DNA of 31,655 nt from Longimicrobiales bacterium (GTDB lineage Bacteria; Gemmatimonadota; Gemmatimonadetes; Longimicrobiales; Gaopeijiaceae). The stretch covers positions 1 through 31,655 of the forward strand of contig CBDANQ010000048.1 of the NCBI GenBank assembly GCA_965197725.1, read 5' to 3'. The position numbers and the translations under genes were made by a program. Positions 17,435 to 25,880 of the stretch are shown piece by piece. The notes under the pieces were generated by a model. It searched no databases and was not told the DNA's origin. It saw only the letters and a program-made list of their open reading frames with translations. Every line of letters starts with the position of its first letter. The stretch's first letter is position 1.

Positions 17435-19725
17435 GGTGTGCCCCCTCCGACCCGGAACCGTTGCACGAGCTCGTGCAACGTCGTGCCGGTCAGTTCCTCT
17501 ATCCCGTCGGCGGCGACGCGGAAGCTCACGGCCGCCCCCGCGATCAATACGTGGTCGAGCTCCTTCAGCACCGGTCCGATCTCCGGCAACGCCGCAACCA
17601 GTTGGAAGTATACAGCGCTGTACGCCTTCACCTCGATCACGGTCTGGTCTTCGCTGTGGGCCTCGTCGGTCCACACGCCGTCGTCTAGCATGAAAACTCT
17701 ACCCGCCAAGACACGTGTGTTCTCCCTCCGTTCCCGGAGCGCAGCGTCCAGCTCCGTGTCCATCGCTCGCATTTCGTTCATAGAGGTGAGCGCCCGACGG
17801 GCACGCGCGACAACAGCTTGCCGCACTGCGGCCTGGCCGCTGGCGCGGCGGGCCGCTACCTCGGACGCCCGATCTTGTTGTAAGACCGGCCGCGCAACAG
17901 CGGGCACAGCCACGCCTGGGGTCGCCGAAAGCGCGCTGCGTGGCGCCCCTTGGGCAACCGGCATCACGGCGACGGCCGGCTCTTGTACGAGGTACGATGT
18001 GTAGCGACTCGGGAGTCCGTATCGCAGCGCGAGCTCACGGATCTGTTCGATCAGGTCCGCCGTCTCACCCTCGGTCCAGAGTTGCCGTTCTAGGTGACCG
18101 AGCTTGCGTGACGCCCACAGCCGCGGGATGTACGAGTTGGCCGCGCTCGCATGAGGGAATCGCAGCTCGGTGGTGAACTCGAGTGCGCTGCCGGCACGCA
18201 TGCCATCGACTGAGATCTGCCCCAAGCCTTCACCCGTGAAGCGCCCGAAGAGCACGAGCTCTTGCCCGGCGAACACGTCGGGGAGACGCGTGGGATACAG
18301 CTCGATCAAGCGGTTCGGCCCTCCGTCCAGCTCGAGGTCAGTCAGAATGGGGTGCCGGATCTTGGCGGCGAGTAGACCGATTACGCGCTCGACGCTCTCG
18401 CCAGGCTGGATGTAGTCGGTGCTGCCACGACCCGCCTCACCGAGCCGATCGAGCAGGTGCGTGTTTACGTCGTGTCCAACACCGAAGGCGAAGACCCGCG
18501 CTCGGTGCGCTTGCCGCTCAGCCTGGTCCGCGAGCCGCTCCGGAGACCGCTCACCGGCGGACGGCAGCCCGTCGGTCATGAAAACGACGATCGGTAGGCG
18601 TTCCTCGGGACTCCGCAAGCGAAACGCCTCGCTCAACGCGGCTCCGATGTCGGTGCCGCCGTTCGCAACGAGCTCGTCGATCCACTCGCGGCCGCGTGCT
18701 AGTTCGTACCCGGTCGCGTCGCGCCAGCCTTCGCTGTGCATGCCCACGGCATTCGAGAACGAGATCAGTCGGAATCGATCGTCCCGGTCGAGCGAAGCCA
18801 GCAGTTGGCGGACCGCCTGCTTGGCCTGGTGGATCTTGTCGCCCGACATCGAACCGGAGACGTCGAGCACGACGGTCACATCCCGGGGTGCGGCGTGGCC
18901 CCTCACCCGCCCCGGAGACAGCGTGAGCATGAAATATCCGTCTTCCCCAACAGGCCGATGGGTCGCAACGGAGAGCGCCAGGTCGTTGTCGGCAAACGGC
19001 AAGAAGACCGAGAAACGCCCGAGCACTTCCTCTTCCATCGTGACGACCATCGCGTCGCCATGCCGTTTGACGCCGATCTCGTGCGTGGGCGAGAACGGCT
19101 CCAAGAACCGCGAGGCATCGGCGACATCGATCTCGAAGGACATTTCGACCGGAACAGGCAGGGGGCGCCCCTCCGGTGACTCCTCGCCCACGGGGTCGTC
19201 CGTCATGTGAACAGCGCCGGCGTACACCAACTGCAGAGCGTTACCCGCACGCGCTAGGACCTGTGTGTAGCGCAGGGCGACCTTTCGCTCTTGTCCCGGC
19301 TGGATCGGGAAGACACGAGCGCGTAACAGCCCATGCCCGGCAAGCTCGATGAGGGCCGGGTCGCCACGCCGACGGACGATGCCCTCATAGATCTCGCGAG
19401 CCTCATCGGCGTCCATGATCTCGCCACGCAGCTCCGTATCGCCTTGGAAGAGCGAGAAGCCCTGGAAGACGGCCTCTCCCGGCAGTGGGTAGAGATAGTC
19501 ACCCTCTGCGATTCCCTCGCCATCGTTTTGGAACCACTCCGAGACCTCCACGACCGCGACCCGCCCCTCGACATGAATGCGTACCTCGCTGCGCGTCTTG
19601 TCGACCGAGAACCCGCCCCGGAGGATGCGAGGCTCGATCCAGCCCTGCGCCGCAAGAGACGACGTACTGAACAGAAGCACGGCGAGTACGCCCATCACCG
19701 TTCGTTCCCAGTACTTCGCCCGCAT
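17431..19725 (-). CDS. Exported VIT (vault/inter-alpha-trypsin inhibitor) + vWA domain protein
   Basis: GGAGG RBS, signal peptide, VIT motifs (EGDYLYPLP, DPALIE, RVFPI), MIDAS DVSGSMSG, GGTD, MTDGLP, RLWASRK. Confidence 0.9.
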   Translation of the reverse strand: MRAKYWERTVMGVLAVLLFSTSSLAAQGWIEPRILRGGFSVDKTRSEVRIHVEGRVAVVEVSEWFQNDGEGIAEGDYLYPLPGEAVFQGFSLFQGDTELRGEIMDADEAREIYEGIVRRRGDPALIELAGHGLLRARVFPIQPGQERKVALRYTQVLARAGNALQLVYAGAVHMTDDPVGEESPEGRPLPVPVEMSFEIDVADASRFLEPFSPTHEIGVKRHGDAMVVTMEEEVLGRFSVFLPFADNDLALSVATHRPVGEDGYFMLTLSPGRVRGHAAPRDVTVVLDVSGSMSGDKIHQAKQAVRQLLASLDRDDRFRLISFSNAVGMHSEGWRDATGYELARGREWIDELVANGGTDIGAALSEAFRLRSPEERLPIVVFMTDGLPSAGERSPERLADQAERQAHRARVFAFGVGHDVNTHLLDRLGEAGRGSTDYIQPGESVERVIGLLAAKIRHPILTDLELDGGPNRLIELYPTRLPDVFAGQELVLFGRFTGEGLGQISVDGMRAGSALEFTTELRFPHASAANSYIPRLWASRKLGHLERQLWTEGETADLIEQIRELALRYGLPSRYTSYLVQEPAVAVMPVAQGAPRSALSATPGVAVPAVARPVLQQDRASEVAARRASGQAAVRQAVVARARRALTSMNEMRAMDTELDAALRERRENTRVLAGRVFMLDDGVWTDEAHSEDQTVIEVKAYSAVYFQLVAALPEIGPVLKELDHVLIAGAAVSFRVAADGIEELTGTTLHELVQRFRVGGGTP

Positions 19726-19848
19726 CGCGCACCTCCCCCCCGCTTGGTTCCTTCGCCCTGTTTGACGCACGAAGCATGCCCCCTTGCACACACGAAGTCG
19801 TGTGGCCTCATCCTGGTCCGCACATCGGCATCTCGTGGAGGAACGACC

Positions 19849-19974
19849 GTGAAGATCGTGCTACTGGGCAGCGGACGAGGTCGTCGGTCGCAACGCCGAG
19901 TGCTTCGCCTCCGTGATCAGGCACCTGGAAGACCGTAACGTCCAGATCTTCCAGAGGTGGAGGAGCTGTGGTAG
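19849..19974 (+). pseudogene. Internally deleted remnant of a Rossmann-fold oxidoreductase (saccharopine dehydrogenase-like)
   Basis: GGAGG RBS and MKIVLLGSGR (start of GxGxxG), fused out of frame to a C-terminus-like EVVGRNAECFASVIRHLEDRNVQIFQ. Confidence 0.45.
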
Positions 19975-20006
19975 CTCAGCTCACTGAGTGGCGGGCGATC
20001 CAGCCG

Positions 20007-21594
20007 TCACGTACCCGGAGCCGCCACCCTGAACACCGGGCACTGTCCGTGTTCGATCTGCGGATCGAAGATCGCCCACGCCACGAAACCGTCGTCCGAG
20101 CGCGGCTCGAGCAGCGTGAACGCCAGGCGCCCCAACGGCTGATCGATCGAGACGTAGGCGGTGCCCGCCGGAAGCGTCTCCATCGTCGCGAACCACTCGC
20201 CGTAGATCGTGCGCTCGGTCCTTCCCTGGAACTCGCGACCGGCAACGGTCGTGGAGTCAATCCGGAAACGCTCGACGGGCAGCTCCCGCTCGGTCGCGTA
20301 GCGCACCACCGTGACCCCGTGAGCCTCTTAGGCGCTCGATCGCGGCTTCCGCCGCCGGTAGCACGTAGTACGCCTCGGGGGCGATGGCCGTCTCGCTCGC
20401 AGTGAAGGTACCGTACTCGTACATGAGCCTCGGGTTCACAACATCTCGGCGAAGAAGGATGATCCGCCCGGTGTTCGGATGGCGCTGCTCCTCGACCTCA
20501 CCCATGAGGATCGTCACCTCCTGTGCAGACCGCTCCGACACCGCCCGGGTCGCCAGCTCGCTACCCACGACGGGCAGACGGTCCGCGGCCCCCACGATCT
20601 GGCGAATCTCGGAAGCGTTCTGCTCGGCATAGTCGAGGATCTCCTCGACGAACCAGAGCGTGCCGCGAACCCGGTCTTCGAAGCTCGCATACGCGTAGGC
20701 CTCACCAAGGATCGCGATGCGGTTCCTCAGTCCGACATAGTTGTTGTTGAAGCGGGGGCGGTAATCGAAGGTGCGCCAAGCGGCACCGCCGCCACCACGT
20801 CCGCCCGCGTTGCCGTAGTAGTAGTAGTCCCAGCCGTGCTTCTCCTTGATCCGGCGGGTCAACTCGGGCAACCAACGATCGCGGAGGAAAATGTCGATCG
20901 ACGGGGGCGTGTTCGGGTGCAAGGGGGGCGAGTACGTCAGATAGTACCCGTGCCGGGTCCCGTCGGTGGTGTGCAGATCCACTGCGACATGAGGGTCGTA
21001 CGCGTTCGACATCGCGACGAAAGAGCGGGCCTCGGGAGAATCGAGCTTCGTGTGGTCACGATTGAGGTCGAGACCTTGCGCGTTGGGGCGTTGTCCCATG
21101 CCGCCGATCGGACCGTTTTGGCGCGGACGGTTGTTCAGCGAAACGCGCTCGTTCCCATCCGCGTTGTAGATCGGGGCAACGAGCAAGACCAGTTCATCGG
21201 TCCACGTCGGGTAGTCGCCCGTCGCGAACCGCCGGAGCAGCATGAGAAGGGCTTCTTTCCCACATGCCTCTCCGCCGTGGATGTTGCCCTGCAGATAGAC
21301 CCGAGACTTGCCCGTCGCGAGCACCGCTTCCGCGCTGGCATCCGAGGCCCCGAGCACCAGCAGCGGCAGAGACCTGCCCTCGTTGGTATATCCGAAGGAT
21401 GTGAGATGGATGTCGGGGGAGAGATCAGCGAGTCGCTCGGACAGCTCCATGACCTCTTCGTACGAGCTGGTCTCCCGGAACTCGGAACGTTCCGCACGGG
21501 TGAGCAGGTCGTTGAACGCCTGCCCCGACAGGGGAGGTGCGATGACGAGAGACACGAGAACGAAATGCGCAAGGGTGTTCCGAACGGCGAACAT
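20007..21594 (-). CDS. Secreted M14-family zinc carboxypeptidase, split by a +1 frameshift at about 20328
   Basis: GNIHGGE, YNADG, DLNRD, DLHTT. Removing one A gives IERLEAHGVTVVRY, continuous with ORF 20007-20309 (GTAYVSIDQPLGRLAFTLLEPRSDDG). Confidence 0.85.
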
Positions 21595-21689
21595 GTGGAC
21601 TCTCCCGGCGCGTGGAATCCGTCTGAGGAAGGCCAAGCTATCCCGGCCCGCGCCACCTGGCCACGCCCTGAGTGAAGCCGCTGGGGCGA

Positions 21690-21722
21690 TTCATGATATT
21701 CATGATCATGATAACCGTGACC
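21690..21722 (+). promoter_or_regulatory. Cluster of TCATGA palindromes upstream of an ATPase remnant (putative operator)
   Basis: TCATGA at 21691, 21700 and 21706 in an AT-rich patch, followed by an AGGAGGAGG RBS. Confidence 0.4.
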
Positions 21723-21738
21723 ATAGGAGGAGGACTGG

Positions 21739-21862
21739 TTGGCTGACCGGCGTTTCATAGGACGCGAACGGGAGCTTCAGGCGTTACGAACCGAGCTCGA
21801 GCGCGATCGGCCATCGGTTGCGATCGTGCTTGGCCGGCGGCGTGGGGAGGAGTCGCTCCTGC
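21739..21862 (+). pseudogene. 5' remnant of an archaeal-type (ATPase_2/DUF234-like) P-loop ATPase
   Basis: RFIGRERELQAL...AIVLGRRR followed by a broken Walker A (GEES in place of the expected VGKS); the rest of the ORF overlaps DUF3052 antisense. Confidence 0.6.
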
Positions 21863-21899
21863 GCGTGCGTCTCCACTTCCTCCGTGTAGAAGACCTTGC

Positions 21900-22406
21900 T
21901 CAGGCCCTCCGAATAGTCGCAGTTCGACGGTTTCGGACACCACCGAACCCTCGGTTCGTACGCGAATGGCTCCCATGTCCTTCCGGCGGCGGTCGGTTCT
22001 CCCTCCGGACCACGAATCGGAGTCCGGACCAGTCCTCATCGATCGCGCAGATCTTGTTGTCCACGAGACCGGTCGAGAGACCGTACTCACGAACGTGGGA
22101 TTCCCTGAGATACGTGGCCAGCGGGGAGGATTGTTTCGGCCACGCGATCCAGAGGCCGCCATACGGGTCCAGCCGCGCGTAAGCGCGGTCGAATCGGCTC
22201 TCGAGTTCAGCCTCGGTGCGTACGAACGCTACCAGCACATCGAAGGGGCCCTTGGCGCGGACGTCACTCCGGATCCGGACGCCAGCCGGGAGCGGCACCA
22301 GCAATCGGGCGAAGTGCCGCGGCGCGGCGATCGTGGCCACCATGCTACAATCCTTGATGCCGAGCTTCTTGGGGAGTGGGGTGCCCGAGTACCCGGCCGT
22401 CGTCAC
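21900..22406 (-). CDS. DUF3052-family protein
   Basis: GYSGTPLPKKLGIK, GGLWIAWPK, GLVDNKICAIDEDWSGLRFV; AGGAGG RBS. Confidence 0.85.
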   Translation of the reverse strand: MTTAGYSGTPLPKKLGIKDCSMVATIAAPRHFARLLVPLPAGVRIRSDVRAKGPFDVLVAFVRTEAELESRFDRAYARLDPYGGLWIAWPKQSSPLATYLRESHVREYGLSTGLVDNKICAIDEDWSGLRFVVRRENRPPPEGHGSHSRTNRGFGGVRNRRTATIRRA

Positions 22407-22768
22407 AGTTCCCCTCCTTCAGTTGCAGCCTCGCGGTAGGCCCTGCTCCGGCTGATGACCGAGTCGGCTGCTTCGGAGAGCAGCACGAGGCCCCGAAGAG
22501 CTTCGCGGCGGGTCCCCGAGTGAGGAGAGCGCCGAGGAGCTAGAGTATGCTGATCAGAAGCATCTCGTGGGTCCCCGACTTCAATTGACGGAGGTCGTGC
22601 GATTGTGATACACCACCAGCCTTTCCCATATGCTGGGGAGCCGGCACGGGCGCACCGTCCTCGCCTTCGGAATCGGAGCTGCACAAATCGGGCATCCCTA
22701 AAGCCGGGCGGATCTGAGTGCAGACCGTCTAAGTCTGATGGGGTCGACCCTGCGAAGGGTGGCGCGGA

Positions 22769-23236
22769 CTATTCGGGCGTGGGTCCCGGAGTCTCCCCCG
22801 TATGTACTTGCATGGCGTGCTCGACATCCGTGCCGAGACCTACGAAGCCCCACTTGGCGACTAGCTCGGTTATTGCTCGCTCACACTCCCATCCGATCAT
22901 CGAAAGCACGTCGTCGCCTCTCCATGCATGAGCGATCTCGTGGGCCACGATCGAATGCGCGTCGTCGGCTGGCAGCGGGTCCGTGAGCACGAGAATCCAC
23001 TTGTCATCCGGCAGCACCGTGGTCGCATCTTCCCAGCGGCGGCCAAACGATGCTGCGATGCGTCCAGGCAGACACATGCCATAGACGCTCTTCCCCACCG
23101 AAGTGAATCGACAGCGCTCCAAGGCGAACTGGGCGACGGGGTCTAGGAGACGAACGATTGTCTCGACGATGGTCCTCCCCAGGTCAAAGTCACTGCCGTA
23201 GTAGGCGAGCCTGTCAGCCGCCTCCGCGAAGTTCAT
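22769..23236 (-). CDS. Small HExxH zinc-metallopeptidase-like protein (possibly ImmA/IrrE-like)
   Basis: GGAGGAG RBS; IVAHEIAHAW followed by a downstream ECERAI, which could supply a third Glu ligand. Confidence 0.6.
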   Translation of the reverse strand: MNFAEAADRLAYYGSDFDLGRTIVETIVRLLDPVAQFALERCRFTSVGKSVYGMCLPGRIAASFGRRWEDATTVLPDDKWILVLTDPLPADDAHSIVAHEIAHAWRGDDVLSMIGWECERAITELVAKWGFVGLGTDVEHAMQVHTGETPGPTPE

Positions 23237-23356
23237 TCTTCCAGCTCCTCCGCTAGCCCTCGGCACAAGCGAGGCTTAGACCAGACTACACGTGCCCGGA
23301 TCCGGGCGCTACGCCGCACATGCGCGGAGCGGGCAAGGGTCAGTCTGTCGCTGAGG

Positions 23357-23376
23357 TCGAATCCGGCGGCGCCTCT
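23357..23376 (+). repeat. tRNA-Cys-like 3'-end fragment, copy 1 (att-like)
   Basis: TCGAATCCGGCGGCGCCTCT resembles a T-loop plus acceptor strand with a U discriminator; recurs at 23534-23550. Confidence 0.5.
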
Positions 23377-23407
23377 GAAGGGGACCCCTTTCCAGGGGTC
23401 CTCTTTT
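23377..23407 (+). terminator. Rho-independent terminator
   Basis: GGACCCCT-TTCC-AGGGGTCC stem followed by TCTTTT, directly after the tRNA-like fragment. Confidence 0.65.
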
Positions 23408-23533
23408 CATGGGCTGCCTGCGCCTGGATGACGAAGCGAAGGTTCGAGCCGACTGGCAGAACGGTGGTCGGAGAGTACTCCGGCTCTTCCGCGAGACGAT
23501 CGAGGATCGTCGCGAAGCGGCGACCGGAGATCC

Positions 23534-23550
23534 ATCCGGGCGGCGCCTCT
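23534..23550 (+). repeat. tRNA-Cys-like 3'-end fragment, copy 2 (att-like core)
   Basis: ATCCGGGCGGCGCCTCT. Confidence 0.5.
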
Positions 23551-23576
23551 TAGGTTTTGGGGGTATACACCCCGTG

Positions 23577-23597
23577 AATTGTGCCGTTATTGTGCCG
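23577..23597 (+). repeat. Tandem ATTGTGCCG repeats (integrase arm-type-site-like), left set
   Basis: AATTGTGCCG-tt-ATTGTGCCG; the same pair occurs at 28116-28138. Confidence 0.6.
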
Positions 23598-23760
23598 GAT
23601 GACGGCAAAAAAGAGATGGTCGACTCACGCTTGGGCCTCTTGGATGGGTACGACCTCCAGCGTTGCACGGCGGTCCTGCGCAGGTCGTGGAACCACGTTC
23701 CTGGCAGGTTGGCGCGGTCGCAAGCGTTGTTCTAAGCCTTCTGGAAAGTGCGTCGGCGCC
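23598..23760 (-). pseudogene. Tyrosine recombinase (phage integrase) remnant
   Basis: TFQKA*NNACDRANLPGTWFHDLRRTAV: catalytic HxxR box II, with an in-frame TAG at 23732-34 where Trp is typical; boundaries approximate. Confidence 0.75.
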
Positions 23761-23872
23761 GACTTTCACCTATGATGCACCGTGTCCCCTCCCAGGGTGA
23801 CGACACGACAGGCGGGTAGAGCAGACCGGACGCGCTGGAGGATCCGAGCCGCGGCCCGCCTTTAGCAGGCAG

Positions 23873-25879
23873 GTGCAAATGGGCGTGATCGGCGTTCTCA
23901 TCGTCGCGGCTGTTCTCGTCATTCTCGCGATGATCTTCACGGGCGCGTTTTTCCTGATCATGGGGATGATCGCGATCTTCACGGGTCCCCCCTTGCTCGC
24001 CCTCGCGCCGCTCGTCGCTTTCTTTGTGCTGGGCCTGTTCCTGATCTGGTTCATCCGCGGCGTGCAGCGGGTTCCCCTCTCGTTTTTCGGCATGGGTCCG
24101 TTCGCCAACCTCCCTGCCGTCCCATACAGACTTTGGGATTTTTGGCGGACGTCGGGTAGCCTCTTGAGGAAGAGTACTCAGTTCGGCCAGGCGATCGCCG
24201 GGCTGTCGACGACTTGGACCATCGCCGGTCGGGACGAGAACGCGTACACGCACATGGGGATGTCTTACAAGACGCCGCTCGGGAGAGCCCAGGATCTGCG
24301 GACGCAGAGACCGCTCGAGGAGCCGGAACACTTCAAGATGTCCTGGACGACCTTCGGGGACGCATTTCAGACCTACCAGGACGCAGAACAGGAGGGGCGG
24401 CTGCCGAACTGGCCAGAAACACTGGACACTCCGGCCAGGGCCACCGAAGAATTCTGGCCCACGATCGCGAACTTCGGGATGGCGTATAATCTGATCATCC
24501 CCGAGCGGATCGACCCAAGCGACGCGACGCTGAAGGACGACGTCGGATCGGAGGACTGGACGGACGAGATGGAGACGCCCTGGGCGTCTGGTCTTCTGTA
24601 CGTCATCGACATGAGGGTGTTTTCGGGGCTGGAAGCCAACGAGGTCAACTTCAAGCCTCGTTTCACCCCCAGCACGCTCACCCTGCTCGAGCGCACGCAG
24701 GGCCCGGCGGAAGGCGACGACAAGTGGAGGATGACGCCCATCGCCGTCCGCGTCCGGGATTCGCAACAAAGCCAGTGGGTCCAGTACGTCCAGACCGACC
24801 CCGCGTGGCTATACGGTCTGCAGGCGGCGAAAGCGTCGATCACCGTATACGGGATCTGGCTCGGGCACGTCTACCAGTGGCACGTCGTCACCGCCGCCAT
24901 GCAGATGACGATGTTTCAGCGCCTGCCGCCTCTTCACCCGGTCCGCCAGATACTCGGGCGCCAGTCGGACCACCTGATCGGCTTCGACCAGTTCTTGCTG
25001 ATCAATTGGAACATCGCACCCCCCACGTCGATCACCACGAGCGGTCAGTGCCGATCGCTACTCAACACCTTCGCGGCGGGAAGGAATTTCCACACCGACG
25101 ACCCGCCCAACGCGAAAGCGAGACTCGGGTTCGACAGGGACGACTTCACGAGCGACCCGGATCCCGCAGACCCTACCGCGCCCGTCGAGGACTGGGATCA
25201 GTATCGGATCATGGGTTACGCGGAGGAGCTATTCGATGCCGCCTCAGCGTACGTGACGACCGTGGTCAACGCGTTCTATCCGACTGACCAGCTCGTCGCG
25301 ATGGACGCTCCTTTGCAGAAGTGGATCAAGGCGTCCGGTGATCCAAATCAAGGGAACGTCCGTGGGCTGCCGAGCAGTGGCTTGCTGGCGGTCAGCACCA
25401 AGGCGATGCTCATCCCGGTGCTGACCAGCCTGATCTACCGCATCACCGCACACGGCAGTTCGCGGATGATGCAGATGGCCAACCCCGGATTCATGTTCGC
25501 GGCGAACTTCCCGCCCTGCCTGCAGAGCGGCACTGTTCCCTCGCCGGATACGCCGGTCGTGTTCAAGACGGACGGGAACTCTCCGGACGATGCCATCAGC
25601 CTGTGCGACTTCCTGCCCAATACCGGCACGATCGGCGAGCTCGTCAGCTTCCTGTACGTCTTCATCTATGCGACGCCCGAAACCCCGTTCGTCCCCTTCG
25701 AAGGGACGGACGGCGAACTCTCGTTCAGGGGCCCTCAGGCGACCGCGGACGCCTGCAATGACGCCCTGATGCAATTCCGAAGCGACTTGTTGGACTTCGT
25801 CGGTCGTTGGTCGCAGGACCGCAACCTGCAAGAAAGACCGGCGCAGGCCCACCAGTGGGAACTCCATATCGAGACCTGA
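23873..25879 (+). CDS. Divergent lipoxygenase-like non-heme metal enzyme with an N-terminal membrane anchor
   Basis: H332xxxxH337 (LGHVYQWH), RLPPLHPVRQIL (His 18 residues after the second ligand, as in LOXs), LFDAASAYVTTVVNAFYPTDQLVAMDAPLQKW (LOX YYxxDxxVxxDxELQxW segment), third His527 (ITAHGS), C-terminus HIET; residues about 4-60 are strongly hydrophobic. Confidence 0.8.
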   Translation: MQMGVIGVLIVAAVLVILAMIFTGAFFLIMGMIAIFTGPPLLALAPLVAFFVLGLFLIWFIRGVQRVPLSFFGMGPFANLPAVPYRLWDFWRTSGSLLRKSTQFGQAIAGLSTTWTIAGRDENAYTHMGMSYKTPLGRAQDLRTQRPLEEPEHFKMSWTTFGDAFQTYQDAEQEGRLPNWPETLDTPARATEEFWPTIANFGMAYNLIIPERIDPSDATLKDDVGSEDWTDEMETPWASGLLYVIDMRVFSGLEANEVNFKPRFTPSTLTLLERTQGPAEGDDKWRMTPIAVRVRDSQQSQWVQYVQTDPAWLYGLQAAKASITVYGIWLGHVYQWHVVTAAMQMTMFQRLPPLHPVRQILGRQSDHLIGFDQFLLINWNIAPPTSITTSGQCRSLLNTFAAGRNFHTDDPPNAKARLGFDRDDFTSDPDPADPTAPVEDWDQYRIMGYAEELFDAASAYVTTVVNAFYPTDQLVAMDAPLQKWIKASGDPNQGNVRGLPSSGLLAVSTKAMLIPVLTSLIYRITAHGSSRMMQMANPGFMFAANFPPCLQSGTVPSPDTPVVFKTDGNSPDDAISLCDFLPNTGTIGELVSFLYVFIYATPETPFVPFEGTDGELSFRGPQATADACNDALMQFRSDLLDFVGRWSQDRNLQERPAQAHQWELHIET

Positions 25880-25880
25880 C

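Noticed and set aside
22403..22768. 93-aa ORF and TTGACG promoter-like sequence upstream of DUF3052
   Set aside because: No recognisable protein motif, convincing -10 box or RNA family; left unannotated.
23341..23376. Possible complete tRNA gene
   Set aside because: Only a degenerate T-arm and acceptor 3' strand are present; no D-arm, anticodon arm or matching 5' strand.
23409..23735. 108-aa plus-strand ORF
   Set aside because: It spans att-like repeats and the antisense of the integrase remnant; no RBS or motif.
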